Source of the DNA: Eledone cirrhosa
Taxonomy: Eukaryota
Direction of reading: 5' to 3'
Length of the DNA: 64,000 nucleotides
Assembly (NCBI GenBank): GCA_964016885.1
Contig: OZ024747.1
Location: 2,790,001 to 2,854,000 of the forward strand
Position 1 is the first letter of the stretch. Every line of letters starts with the position of its first letter. This document shows positions 40,901 through 53,897 of this stretch, in pieces. A program made the position numbers and the translations under genes. The notes under the pieces were generated by a model. It searched no databases, had not been told where the DNA came from, and saw only the letters and a list, made by a program, of their open reading frames with translations.

Positions 40901-41306
40901 AAATATACACTCACACAAATATATAAACATATATATACATAAGGAACCGTGTGTCAGTGAGTTTGAAGCTTTGTCTGTGGCCAGCTTTATCTGACAGAGC
41001 TAAACAAAGGTGAGAATTTGAAGTCACTGTCAATCTTTTTCTTGTAAAACCAGATTCTAAGCTACTTACTTAAAGGTATTTAGTGCTTTCTCAGCTGATG
41101 CTTGATTATGTTTATGTATAGTTATACAAAACACACACACACACATATATATAATAGCTATAAATCGAAGTTGTAGCCACAATAGAGCAGATACCAATTG
41201 AATTGTTATATATATGCATGTATATACATATGACTGGGGTTGTATACTGAACCATATACAAAATGTTCATGTAAATATATATATAAGCAGATTGTAACTA
41301 TTTCTA

Positions 41307-41345
<39 letters not shown>

Positions 41346-41585
41346 AAAATAACGGAGCAAAGGACTCGCATATAATGGCGAAACATGCTCCTGGTGAGTG
41401 TGTATATGTGTGATTTAGGTGAGGTTGGTTTCTCAATTCAATTTATACTTTTAATTTTAATGTTTTTCCTATGCTTCTAGTAGCTTATATTCTCTTCACA
41501 CTGGTGGTTTGAAATTCCTGTAAAGTAAAACACACTCTCCTGTGTCTTTCCCCTCTATATATATATATATATACATATATATATG

Positions 41586-41617
<32 letters not shown>

Positions 41618-41770
41618 CACACACACACATATATATATATATATGCATGTATGTATGTATATATATATATCATTATTGTGAATGTATTTGTCTCTTATGT
41701 GATGCAAACCATTCATATATAAACAGTAAGTAGGAAAACTACCTGCCAAAGAGTTGTATTAGATCTGAAA

Positions 41771-41789
41771 GAACCTGTAGGAGGCGCTA
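41771..41789 (+). promoter_or_regulatory. CTCF-like binding motif ending in a CGCT box, upstream of the protocadherin exon
   Basis: GAACCTGTAGGAGGCGCTA versus the consensus core CC(A/T)(C/G)(C/T)AG(A/G)(G/T)GGC(A/G)C, with one core mismatch. GC-rich word in very AT-rich DNA. Confidence 0.55.
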
Positions 41790-41906
41790 TGTGTGCTGTG
41801 CTAGCAAATGAAATAAAAGATCCACAAATATAAATGAGAGAAAAAAAGCAATTTTATTACAGACATTTACAGCAATTTTATTACTGTCTCCTTGACAGCC
41901 TATCAT

Positions 41907-41920
41907 GTCTCCTTGGCAAC
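41907..41920 (+). promoter_or_regulatory. RFX X-box motif
   Basis: GTCTCCTTGGCAAC. Degenerate neighbours are GTCTCCTTGACAGC (41886) and ATTTCTATGGCAGC (42098). Confidence 0.5.
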
Positions 41921-42683
41921 CTACTGTCCCTGCAAGAGTTCTTTTGATGCATACAAAAATATGCAATTTTCTTCCACACTAACTTCGCCATTTTCGACCC
42001 AGAAGGATTTGGAAATACCTCGTTCTTCCTCGTATATCTCAGTAGCTAATAATGCCATCTTTTCCCGTTTTTCTCTGACAGCAAAGCCACTCAGCAGATT
42101 TCTATGGCAGCAATCCATTAGACATCTAGGCAAATATGTACTTTTGAATTGACTTCACAAGAGACTTTTTTTTTCTCACTTTATGTAGATATCTTGGCCA
42201 TTATCATTCTTATAAGTGTATATTTCCTCTTTCCTATTTTTTTCCCTTTTGATCTATCACAATGTATTTCTCCGTTTTTATTTTGCTATATATTTGTGTG
42301 CCTATATTATTTAGTTTTATGATCGTTGTTACTTTCATTTATTCCTCTTTGTATATCCTTCCTTTTAATCTATTTTCATTTGGAAGAATATTTTTTTCCT
42401 CAAAGTTAATAAAACAGCTTGGATTATTGTTTTTGTTGGCTTTTTATTTTGTATTAAGTTCTTTCTATTCATGAATTATTTTATATACAGGAAAGATTTT
42501 ACATTGATTCCAAAATGTAACTTGAAATTTATTTCGAAACAAAATATGTAACAATCAATGTTGATGTCAACCTTTTTTAAAATTAAATTATCTATCTTTC
42601 ATTTTCAGATTGCTTTGAAATATTTTGTCTGATTAATTCTTTTTTGATTCACCCTCTTTCTTTGACACTTTGATGCTCAAGAC

Positions 42684-45062
42684 ATGTCGATAAAAATATT
42701 CCTTCTAGTAATCATGATAAACACATCAGTATGTATAGACATTACCTACCATGTGAAAGAGGGTCAGAATCCTAATACTCTGGTAGGAAACATTGCTGCT
42801 GATGCACATCTCTACAACAGCTTTCAAGCTGAAGATTTAAATAGGATCACATTCAGTAGACTTCATGAGAGTCTCAGTGGAAATACTCCAATGTTTAAAG
42901 TTGGTAAAAATGGAATGATGTATACTTCTCAGACAATTGATGCTGAATTACTTTGTAAATACAACACAGAATGTTTCAAAATAGTAGAAATAGCTGTTCG
43001 ACATAAAGAATCGTTTGTGAAAGTCATTGAAGTTAAAATTATTATTGATGATGTTAATGATCACCAGCCGGAGTTTCTAAGCAAAGATGTCTATATACAG
43101 TTCTATGAAACCGATAGCAGAGGAACAACAAAATCTATTCCAAACGCCATTGACAAAGACGTTGGATTTCTAAATTCTCAAATTACATACCAACTGAAGA
43201 AAGATAATGATGATCCATTTACGTTGTCAGTCATCAAAAAGATAGATGGCACAAGGAAACTAAGAATAGTTTTACAAAAGAAACTTGACCGAGAAATAAA
43301 TTCTACTTATACACTTCAAGTCATCGCTAAAGATGATGGCACTCCATCACATCAGGGTATTTTAACCATTCATGTATCTGTCACTGATGAGAATGACAAT
43401 CAACCAATTTTCTCCAAAAATGTCTATAATGTTTCTATTAATAACAGACAAGATACATACACACCAATTGTTACTGTATCTGCTAAAGATTCAGATTCTG
43501 GTGAAAATGGAAAAGTTTCCTACTATTTCAGTTCTAAAACTTCTGATTTTACAAAATCATTATTTTATTTAAATGAAACATCAGGCAAGATTTTCTTAGC
43601 TAGAAATTTTCCATTCATAAAAAGAAAAACATACAAATTATTTATTGAAGCCGTAGATAAAGGAAGTCCACCATTGAGCTCTACAGCAATGGTTCTTGTG
43701 AATATAATAAACAGACAAAATAATGCTCCAAGTCTTGATGTCAAGTTTGTCTCTGAGCCAATAGACAATATAACAACAATTTCTGAAGGTGTCAAAACCA
43801 ATAGTTTTATTGCTTATGTGAAAGTAAGTGACAATGATGTCAATCAAAATGGAGAAGTGGTCTGTGATCTCAACCATGATAAACTACAGCTTCAAAAGCT
43901 GGGAAGAAAAAAATACAAAGTTGTTTTAAAAAACCCTGTAGACAGGGAAACAGAAAGCTATATTGATTTTATGATTAGTTGTCAGGACAAAGGATCCCCA
44001 CCTCTCAGAACTGATAGAAAGTTCAATATCCAAGTGACTGATGTCAATGATGTACAACCACAATTCACAAAAGATACATTCAAATTTCTCACTTACGAAA
44101 ATGAAAAATCAAATTTTCCAGTTGGTTTTATTAATGCCTCAGACCCAGACCTAGGAGCTGGAGGTCAACTGTCATATTTTCTCTTAAGTAAAGTAATTCA
44201 TGATTTACCATTTGAAATTTCTAATTTTGGATTTATTTCAACATCGAAATCATTAGATCGAGAACAAAGAAATATTTATAAATTCCAAGTTTTAATAACA
44301 GACAATGGGATACCATCTCTTAACAACACAGCAAATGTGATTGTGGAGGTTATGGATAAAAATGATAATGCTCCCTATTTTACTTTTCCAAGTGTCAACC
44401 CATTTAGTCTAGATGTCCACTACCAACCTCAAAGTAACAATGATGTGACAGTGTTAAGAGCTTCTGATAGAGACAGTCATGTCAATGCTTTCTTGAAATA
44501 TGGAATAGTGGGAGGCAACAACAAGCAACTATTTACAATCAACCCCTATACAGGTGTGATATCATATTCACGGACAGTTTATCAAAATGATGCTGGATCA
44601 TATGATCTTCAGGTAATTGTCCAAGACAGTGGCACTCCAGTTTTGTCTGCAAAAACTATTCTTTCTTTGGTATTAACAGTTAGTAATACAACATCTAAAA
44701 TGTTTACATCTGCCGATAAAAAATCTGACCACAAGATACATATCAATCTGGTGGTTATCATCGTTGTAGCAGCTGTGATTATATCAGTTGCAATTGTGAT
44801 TTCTATGGCAGTATGTATGATTCATAAAAATAACCAAAGGAACAGCAGATTCAATGCAGGTTTAAACAATCCAAATAAACTTTTTGATGAAAGAATTCAG
44901 TATGATGTTCCTGTTGCAATGGTAACAGAACATAGTCATAGCAGACATTCTCAAGCAAATTTATTAAAAAGAGAACCAGAATCTGATTACAAATCAGTTC
45001 ATAGTCTGAAAGGACTATCATCAGTGAAGCAGACGTATACTATGGCACAGAGATCACATCAG
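42684..45062 (+). CDS. Protocadherin, large first coding exon (signal peptide, EC1-EC6, TM, partial cytoplasmic tail; 793 codons)
   Basis: Open frame with CKYNTEC (C-X5-C in EC1), DVNDHQP, LDRE, DENDNQP, VDRE, DVNDVQP, LDRE, DKNDNAP and TM LVVIIVVAAVIISVAIVISMAVC. Acceptor ttttcag| at 42608/42609 and donor CAG|GTAAGT at 45062/45063 (phase 0). The ORF extension to 45134 is probably intronic. Confidence 0.97.
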
Positions 45063-45775
45063 GTAAGTTTAAAACACATTTATTTTATCTTAGCTTTATA
45101 TTTCCTTCAATATCACATCAACAATTTCTGTTAAATTAAAACAACTTCTTATGCTCTGTTTGAATTTGTAAAGCTGTTTTTATGACCAAACATTTTCCAA
45201 AGTATTATTTTTATCTAGTTACTAATAGTTCACCAAGAATATAGATTATGCGACTGTAGCAGTCAAAACATTGACACCATTCACTTGGCATCCTGAAAAA
45301 AGAAATCAATAAAAGAAAGAATATCCTGCCTCAATGTAAAATTGGCTGAATATCAAGTCTTCAAGAATGAACTTGATCGTTTTAATTACTTGTCCAGATA
45401 TGTCGTACTCATTCAAATGATGTGGATTTCTGCCTTAGCTTTTATTTGAATATTTTGTTTTTCATTTTATTTCTTCTTTCTGGTTATTATTATTATTATT
45501 AGACAAGTTAGAGAGTCTTTCAGTTTTATAGAATCAATTTTAAAATGAGAAACTATTGATTTGGAATATTTTTAATACTGATAAATGATTGATGGATGTT
45601 AATGTGTTATAAACTTTGCACACTAGTATTTTTGACTAATTAATTCTAGAAAATAGATATGTATATAAATATACATATATATATCTATATATATATATAC
45701 ACACACACACACATACATATCTCTCTCTCTCTCTCTCTGTGTCTATCTATCTATCTATATATCTATGTATATATA

Positions 45776-46025
45776 AATAGTAATAATAATAAATTTGAAG
45801 ACTAAAATCCAAAGAAGGCTCGATAAGGATAAATATATATCAAATATATAAGAACCGTAGAGCAAATATTTATTAAAATAACCGATTAAAGTTTAAGCAA
45901 AGAATCGCTGCTTTCACCCTAGTTTGACTAATTAATTCTAGAAAATAGATAGTTTCAGAAGATCCTGTTAAGGGTGAAAGCAGCGATTCTTTGCTTAAAC
46001 TTTAATCTGTTATTTTAATAAATAT
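45776..46025. mobile_element. Penelope-like terminal-repeat element with an inverted partial copy
   Basis: 45776-45920 matches 17599-17741. 45951-46025 is the inverted copy and carries the variant hammerhead on + (45951-46001). (TA)n-type flanks. Confidence 0.78.
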
Positions 46026-46091
46026 ATATATAAATATATAGATATAGATATTTACATACATATTTGTACACAAACACACACACGCACATAT

Positions 46092-46122
<31 letters not shown>

Positions 46123-46314
46123 CACACACACAGACCAAATTAATTTGCATGCTCTATTGTGATTTTCATATCATGCCCACATACAAAAACATATATCAAC
46201 AACTAAGTACTTACTCATATATACATGTGTATATCATATACAGGATATTACCATCGTTTTGTTGTATTGTCTACTGGTATTGGTTGAATGGGGTGTCACA
46301 GTGTGACACTAGAG

Positions 46315-46787
46315 GTGACACCTACACCACAGATGTTGTGACACCTACACCACAGATGTTGTGACACCTATACCACATATGTTACTGTGACACCTACACC
46401 ACAGATGTTGTGACACCTACACCACAGATGCTGTTGTGACACCTACACCACAGATGTTGTGACACCTACACCACAGATGTTGTGACACCTATACCACATA
46501 TGTTACTATGACACCTACACCACAGATGCTGTTGTGACACCTACACCACAGATGTTGTGACACCTACACCACAGATGCTGTTGTGACACCTACACCACAG
46601 ATGTTGTGACACCTACACCACAGATGTTGTGACACCTATACCACATATGTTACTGTGACACCTACACCACAGATGTTGTGACACCTACACCACAGATGTT
46701 ACTGTGACACCTACACCACAGACGTTGTGACACCTACACCACAGATATTGTGACACCTACACCACAGATGTTACTGTGACAGATGTT
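46315..46787. repeat. Minisatellite of 23/26-bp units (GTGACACCTACACCACAGATGTT and variants), about 19-20 copies
   Basis: Direct reading; contiguous units with no unique spacers. Confidence 0.95.
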
Positions 46788-47179
46788 ATCATGTATTCGA
46801 CAAGACTGAAGAATCCTTTCTATACTGCCTCCATTCAATCACAGATCACTTTAGAGTATAGTAGATGTATTTCATTGCAGCCCCAGCACTATAGATGTTG
46901 TCAAGTCCTCAACAGGACTAAAGGATCTTCTCAACTGTATATCATTGCTCCTTTGTCAACCACTCTACAGGGTGTACTGGATACCTTTTATCATGACATC
47001 AGGTCTAGAACCTTAGGGAATATACTGGAAGCATTTTATCATGAAATCAACTGTAGAAAGGTTGTTTAGTCCACTGCAAACTAAGAGGCATCCCTCCATT
47101 CACCATACAGTTTCTATTCTCTCATCAAACTCTACTTTTAGTGTTGCAGGTTTTGTATTGGTGAGTTACTAATAATTCT

Positions 47180-47400
47180 GATCCTGTATCATCTTTAGAA
47201 GGGTTAGTTTCTTGACATTTTTTCACAACTTCACCCCATGTCTTCTTTGGTTTCCCTCTGTCACAGATGCCATCTACTTCTTTCTACAACTGTTGCCCTT
47301 CTAACACATCACATGTCCATGCCTGCATAATCATCTCTCTCTTACGTTCTACAATTTATTTCTCGTATATTCAGCTTTTTTTACTCAGTACATGTGTGTT
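47180..47400 (-). mobile_element. RTE LINE 3' relic
   Basis: Minus strand reads GICDRGKPKKTWGEVVKKCQETNPSK. Confidence 0.6.
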
Positions 47401-47944
47401 CTGTCATTCACGCACCCTCACAACACTAATGCAGCAAAGCATGCTTCATTTCTTTCCAGTTATTGCAAATATTCTGCAAACATGGATCATTCACTTTCTC
47501 TGTTAGCAAGTGTTGGACAGGTCATCACGAACCAAGTCAGTACTCGAGTGGAGTTACTACCATCTCAGATGAATTGGGGGCCTGTATCACAATTACATAT
47601 GTTACCACACTCTACCGAGTGCTCGGACGCCCTTCCACATGCATCTTACTTGTATACATTCCTATGCTTTACTGAGTACATATTATCATGGTGCCATTTT
47701 ATCGTGGTATGAATTAAAATTTGATATCTTTTAAGGAGGTTAAAAATGGTCTATTTCAGATATATTGGCAAATATATAAATAGGAATGTTTGGCAGTGCA
47801 AACATTTTATTATGAAATGGATAACATACACATAACATGTTAACAATGCTGCTTGGACACATTATATTAAGGAAATTATTTTGACACAAAATGTCCTTGT
47901 CAAATGTATACCCCCCCCCCCCCCCCCATTTATATATATATATA

Positions 47945-48151
47945 TAACATTAAATTAAAAGTCGATTGACATATATATATAAAATAAACACATCGAACAA
48001 TTAAAGGGGATAAATTGTAAAGAGTGCAAACACACATAGTTATGGAGGTAACATATTAAAAATTAACAAGAACCTTGAATATAGATACCTTGCAATTGTT
48101 TGATGTGTTTATTTTATATATATATGTCAATCGATTTTTAATTTAATGTTA
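47945..48151. repeat. 58-bp inverted repeat (47945-48002 / 48094-48151) with a 91-bp spacer
   Basis: taacattaaattaaaagtcgattgac...aacaatt versus aattgtt...gtcaatcgatttttaatttaatgtta, 2 mismatches. Confidence 0.92.
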
Positions 48152-49437
48152 ATAAATGGTCGGATTTATTCCTTGGAAGCTCTGAGCTTATTCTACAGGT
48201 GGTATAGCGTATGTTTCTGATATTCTCAGACATGACATCTTTTATTTAATTTTGGTAGTATATCAAACCCAGTGCATTACTGGTACTTTATATTATCGAC
48301 CTCATAAGGATGAAAGGCAAAGCTAACCTCTGTATGTTGTCCTATGTCCTACTGATACTGATGATCCACCACCAGTTCTAAAGAATTAATAACAATAATT
48401 TAAAACTGATATTTTACTCCAAGATCTCTCAATATGTGTATATGTATAAATATATACATACATACCTACATACACACATACATATATACACACACACATA
48501 TGACAATACATACATCATACATACATCATACATACATACATACGCCAATACATATCATACATACATACATTCATACATACATACATACATACAAAGCATA
48601 TCTATATGGAAATGTATCTTTATTATAAAAATCATATGAAATAAACTCCTTCGACTTTGTAGAAAGAAATATTGAATAATAAGCTATTGTTTGAAAATAT
48701 GTCTTCTTTGGCATCCTTCGTTTTCCTTGTTTTTGTCCATTCATCTTACATATAGAAAAATAAAATAAAATTCTAACTTACCATGAAAAGAAAAAAATAA
48801 AGAATTTTAAATGAAATCTATGATGTGCTTCCAATACTGAAAAGGCAGCAGACTTTAAAAAGAATTGCCTATATGTGAAAAATTATCCAACTGGAAATGG
48901 TATATCATTTCTTGTTTAAGAAAAAAGATAAATGACAATTTAAAATGCTGACTTTTTCCATCAGAAATATTTATAATGTATTTTATACAGTTTAATGATC
49001 TAGAAAGATAGAGGTTTCATGTAAAGTTTCTTTAAACAAATAAAATTGCAGGGAATTTAAAGAAGCTTACAATATATATTCTTATAATGATCTGAAAACA
49101 AAAACTCATACAATTATCTAAGTAAAAATGTACTTGAGTTTCACATTTGGTTCTTATTTTTCTTAGATTTTTCATGTTTTTCTCTTTGGCAATATATGAA
49201 CCTAAGTAATCATAATTTTGTATATTGTATTAGTATAAAAGTATCGTTATTATTCAACAATTTCACATCTGTATTCTACAGATTTATATTTTGATAGACA
49301 TTCAAAATAATATGATGGATTTTATCAAAATTCTCTCAGAAGTTTTGAAACATTCACTTAACTTTTTTTTTTCTTAAATTATATATGTGTTAAAACTACT
49401 TGTTTCATATAAGTTTTTAACATAATATATATATATA

Positions 49438-49524
<87 letters not shown>

Positions 49525-49974
49525 TGTATGTGTGTATGCATGTATGTATGTAGATATACATGCCTGCATTCATGCATGTATGTATGCATGCATGTGTGTA
49601 TGTATATATAAATGTATGTTCTTCTGGTTTCATTATTTTATAAATGTTTATCAATAGAGAGAAAGAGCTGGTTTCTAACATAGACACAAGGCTCTTTCAT
49701 TGGAATTTAGACAACAGGAACTATGTAGATATGAAATACATTATGTATGTGTGTATGTATGTATGTATGTATGTGTATGTATGTATGTGTGTATGTATGT
49801 GTGTAAGTATGTATATAGTGGCTAACAGTAATAGCATGAATCAACCAATGAAAGGTTATTACATTTTTTCATTTACTAGGTTTGTCTCTCTAAAGTGGAA
49901 AACCAGAGAATATATTGCTTCACGATTTCAGCAGACAGAATTTCAATACCCCCCCCCCCTTCATCCTATCTAAG

Positions 49975-50135
49975 GTTAGTGATGGAGATGTGCTGAAAGA
50001 GTTATTCTAGCTTGCTAGGTATATTCTTGTGAGTAATCAACTCCTTCCTGACAGCAATAATTAGGGAGGTGGTTCAGGAACCAAGAATACCAGTAGTTTC
50101 CACCACTATAGGTTTAATGATAAACCTATTATGGG
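49975..50135 (-). pseudogene. Short CRE-like restriction-type endonuclease relic
   Basis: Minus strand NRFIIKPIVVETTGILGS*TTSLIIAVRKEL, homologous to DRFAIESIAVETSGVLGPRTTSLLTTISTEL at about 60.8 kb. Confidence 0.65.
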
Positions 50136-50802
50136 ATGTGCTGATAGAATCACTCAAGATTTCTGGACATATAATTGTTAGAGGCCAACTCTATCATGGT
50201 AACTCTGATTCAGGGAGCTAGAAGACCAGAATTCTTCACCTTTATAGGTTCAAAGATAAAAGAAAATATTTGGGACTTAAACAACTTGCAATCTTCAGTT
50301 TGTCAAGTTATTAGGTCTTTCAATGAATTCACCAAGTCGTTGCTACAGAAAGAATAGCTGCATGTCGCACCATAGATTAGGGGCTTATCACTGTGAAATA
50401 GGAAGGTTGCCTTTTACTATCCACACTGTCTAAGCCACAGATTCAAGCTACATGCAAAGACAATGTTTAAATACCTCATTTAACCTTTTTGTTACCAATT
50501 GAGCCAAAGCTGGCTCTGGTTCTATGAAATCACCCATTTTAAAGATTTCCAATTTAAAATAAAATCTTTCAACATAATTCTATACATTGGTAATTGGTAA
50601 TTTTAATAAATCCCTCAAAATTATTCATTAATTAATTAAAATAGAGTATATTTCATTAGAAATGTTGTGATGGCAGTAAAGATTCGATCTGTGATGACCT
50701 GTCCAACTTATGCCAACATGGAAAAGCAGATACTTAATGTTGTAAATGAGGATGATCATATACACACACATACACATGCATATGTGTGCATACATATATA
50801 TA

Positions 50803-50863
<61 letters not shown>

Positions 50864-51704
50864 GTATATATATGTGTGTATATATATATATACATCTATA
50901 TATATATATATATGTATATATATATGTATATATATGTATGTTTGTGTAACAAGCAGGGAAAATGGGTGCTAAATGATGATGATGTACACACACACACTTA
51001 TATATATATATATATATATACATAACTGCAAAACTCTTGATCTTTTCCTATAGGAGAGAATAGATATATAATTAGAAAGAGGTAAAGATAAAAAAGCAGT
51101 TTTGTGTGATGAATCAACTTGACTTAAAATAATTTTCCAGAACAGAACAAAATTAAAGAACCTCTATTTTCTGTAATTTTCTCAACTTGTTTTATTCTTA
51201 TCTTAATCTATAATGCCTTCACACTACAAATTTGCTGGCATTATTTTTTCTTCTCATTTATGATTAGTTGAACTACAAAACCTTCAAAATAGGATTTTTT
51301 TTTTACTCTCTGTACCTGAAATTGTATGAAATGATAAAATCCAATATTTACACTCTTTCTTATATATTTCTGTAAGCTAAATGATATTTGATACAATGTT
51401 CATAAAAATAATAGGATGCAGCTTACCCTATCTCAAAAGAGGTTATTTCCTATATGAAAGAAAGAGAGATATAAATTGAAGAAGCAAAGTAATCAACATT
51501 GATGGTAGTTATTTATATAGATATCTGAAGAATGTTCTATCAGAGCAGTGTTCAATTCTGTGAATTGTCAGTTAAAGATTATTTCAAGATATTTCTTCTG
51601 ATTAGGCCGTTCGTGAGAAAGCATGTATAAAATCTGCTTGTGAAATATTAATATATCTACAGAAATATCCTGCCCATCTATCACCTACTCTCTATCTCTC
51701 TCTC

Positions 51705-51779
<75 letters not shown>

Positions 51780-51781
51780 AT

Positions 51782-51814
<33 letters not shown>

Positions 51815-51819
<5 letters not shown>

Positions 51820-52050
51820 GAAAACACAGGTAAGCATTAAGAGAAGGATTTTATCCAGGTATTTATGACCGTTTCATTGCTAAGTGCAACCTTATATTGC
51901 TATACTGCAAATAGCAGCCACTCAATTATAATTGTTGTTCACGTCCAAATTTTCAAAATAGTGAGTAAGTTACTCTTGAAATAGAGAAAAACATTTTTTG
52001 GGAATTGTATTTACTAGTATAGAGAGAGAGAGGAAGAGGGGGAAGAGTTA
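51815..52050 (-). mobile_element. Second copy of the 1886-2116 repeat, between (TA)n tracts
   Basis: Reverse-complement match to 1886-2116. Confidence 0.75.
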
Positions 52051-52112
52051 GGAACTGGATCACAATAAGCAATTTTATGCTTCCCTAACTATATATATAT
52101 ATATATATATGA

Positions 52113-52200
<88 letters not shown>

Positions 52201-52267
52201 GGAAAAAAGCTGAAATCGAAAATGCAACTGGAGTCTTATTTAAAAAAAATATATATTTATTTGGTTC

Positions 52268-52300
52268 CTTTACTGGTTTCGCAGTTCTGCTTTTCAAAAG
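52268..52300 (-). ncRNA. Degenerate minimal hammerhead in a short insert between (TA)n tracts
   Basis: Minus strand CTT TTGAAAA GCAG AA CTGC GAAA CCAG TA AAG. Stems are intact with two core substitutions. Confidence 0.5.
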
Positions 52301-52390
52301 TAGAGTTGAGATGGAGGGTCTGTGGTTTTTCTCATATATATATGTATATATATATATTATATAAATATATATATATCCATATATATATTA

Positions 52391-52455
<65 letters not shown>

Positions 52456-52549
52456 TAAGTTATTCCGTTGTGTGTGTATGTAAGTGTGCATGCATCCTCA
52501 TTGTATTTACGCCACCTTTTCTAAACTAGACAGATATATATGTATCTAT

Positions 52550-52616
<67 letters not shown>

Positions 52617-53261
52617 GCACACACACACATATACACTTTAAACTTTAATTAACAACACAATAAACAGCATATTTTGTGTAATCTGAAATGTGTAGTAAAA
52701 TATAACTATTGTTAAACTATTTAAATTTTATTCAAACTTATGATGTGTAATCACAGATATGTGTAGTCATCACCATTATCATCATCATCATCGTTATCAT
52801 CATCATTAAGATCATCATTTAACGTCTATTTTTCCATTTTTGCATTAACAAATGTTTTTGTTATTTCTCTGTGGACAGAAAAAGTGAGTTTGTTTTGACT
52901 CAGGTTGGTGTCATTAATTACATGTAAATTATAACTATTTATATTCCCAATATTCTACATCATCAATAAATCAGTTAGCCGCCTTTACATAATATTGCTT
53001 TCATTAATTATGTTGTCAATCAATTACATAATGAATTATTTAATTAGTTATGTAGTAAATAGAACTTGGCCAATTCCTATTTTTCTGCCCATGAAGAGAC
53101 TAGAAATATTTTTGTTTACATTAGAACACATGTATCTAATTACACAACTCAGTGATAGCTAAAATCATCAAAATGGTCGTGCCCCAGCATGGCCTCAGCT
53201 TGTTGGCTGGAACATGTAATAGACTAATAGAGTAATATATAAAGATCATTATTATGGTGGA

Positions 53262-53432
53262 TTACGGTAGAGGGTCGGACGCCATCTTTGCAGCACAGTT
53301 ACGTCCCTTTACGATCTGAGTTCAAATCCCGCCGAGGTTGACTTTGCCTTTCATCTTTACGGGGTCGATAAAATAAAGTACCAGTAATGTACTGGGATAT
53401 TGCTGGCCTTGTGCCAAAATTAGAAACAATTA
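53262..53432 (+). mobile_element. SINE family B
   Basis: Match to 10631-10811. Confidence 0.85.
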
Positions 53433-53589
53433 TTATCATCATCATCATCATTTTACATCTGCTATTCCCGGCTTGCAAGGGTGGGACGGGTCCTATTCAG
53501 CATCTCTCCATCCGTCACGGTCCTTCGTTATCTTCAGCGATCTGAGATAGGAGAATATGTGTAAAAGTAGATGGATTTATGTTTAATAA

Positions 53590-53859
53590 TATATGATGGA
53601 GAATCCAAGATGGAGTGCAAGGGAGAAGATGTGATGTGCATGGACAATGACTGATGGAGGAAGAAATGCCAGGAAATCCCAGTGGAATGAAGCCGCAGTA
53701 GAGAGGATGACTAAGAAAGACCTGGGCAGAGGTTGTGAGAGCAGACCTCAAATTGCAAAGACTGGCAGAGGAGATGACTAAAGAAAACAAGTAGAGAGAT
53801 GCTGTGCTGAGAAGGACCCGTCCAACCCATGCTAGCATGGAATAACGAATATAAAAACA

Positions 53860-53897
<38 letters not shown>
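53590..53897 (+). mobile_element. RTE LINE 3' end with (GAT)n tail; an opposite-orientation RTE tail lies at 53435-53545
   Basis: RG*LRKTWAEVVRADLKLQRLAEEMTK followed by CCCGTCCAACCCATGCTAGCATGGAA..(GAT)n. Confidence 0.75.

Noticed and set aside
45063-45134. C-terminal 23 codons of the 816-aa ORF
   Set aside because: They follow a consensus donor CAG|GTAAGT and have intron-like composition.
46315-46787. CRISPR-like array
   Set aside because: Units are contiguous with no unique spacers, there are no cas genes, and the context is eukaryotic.
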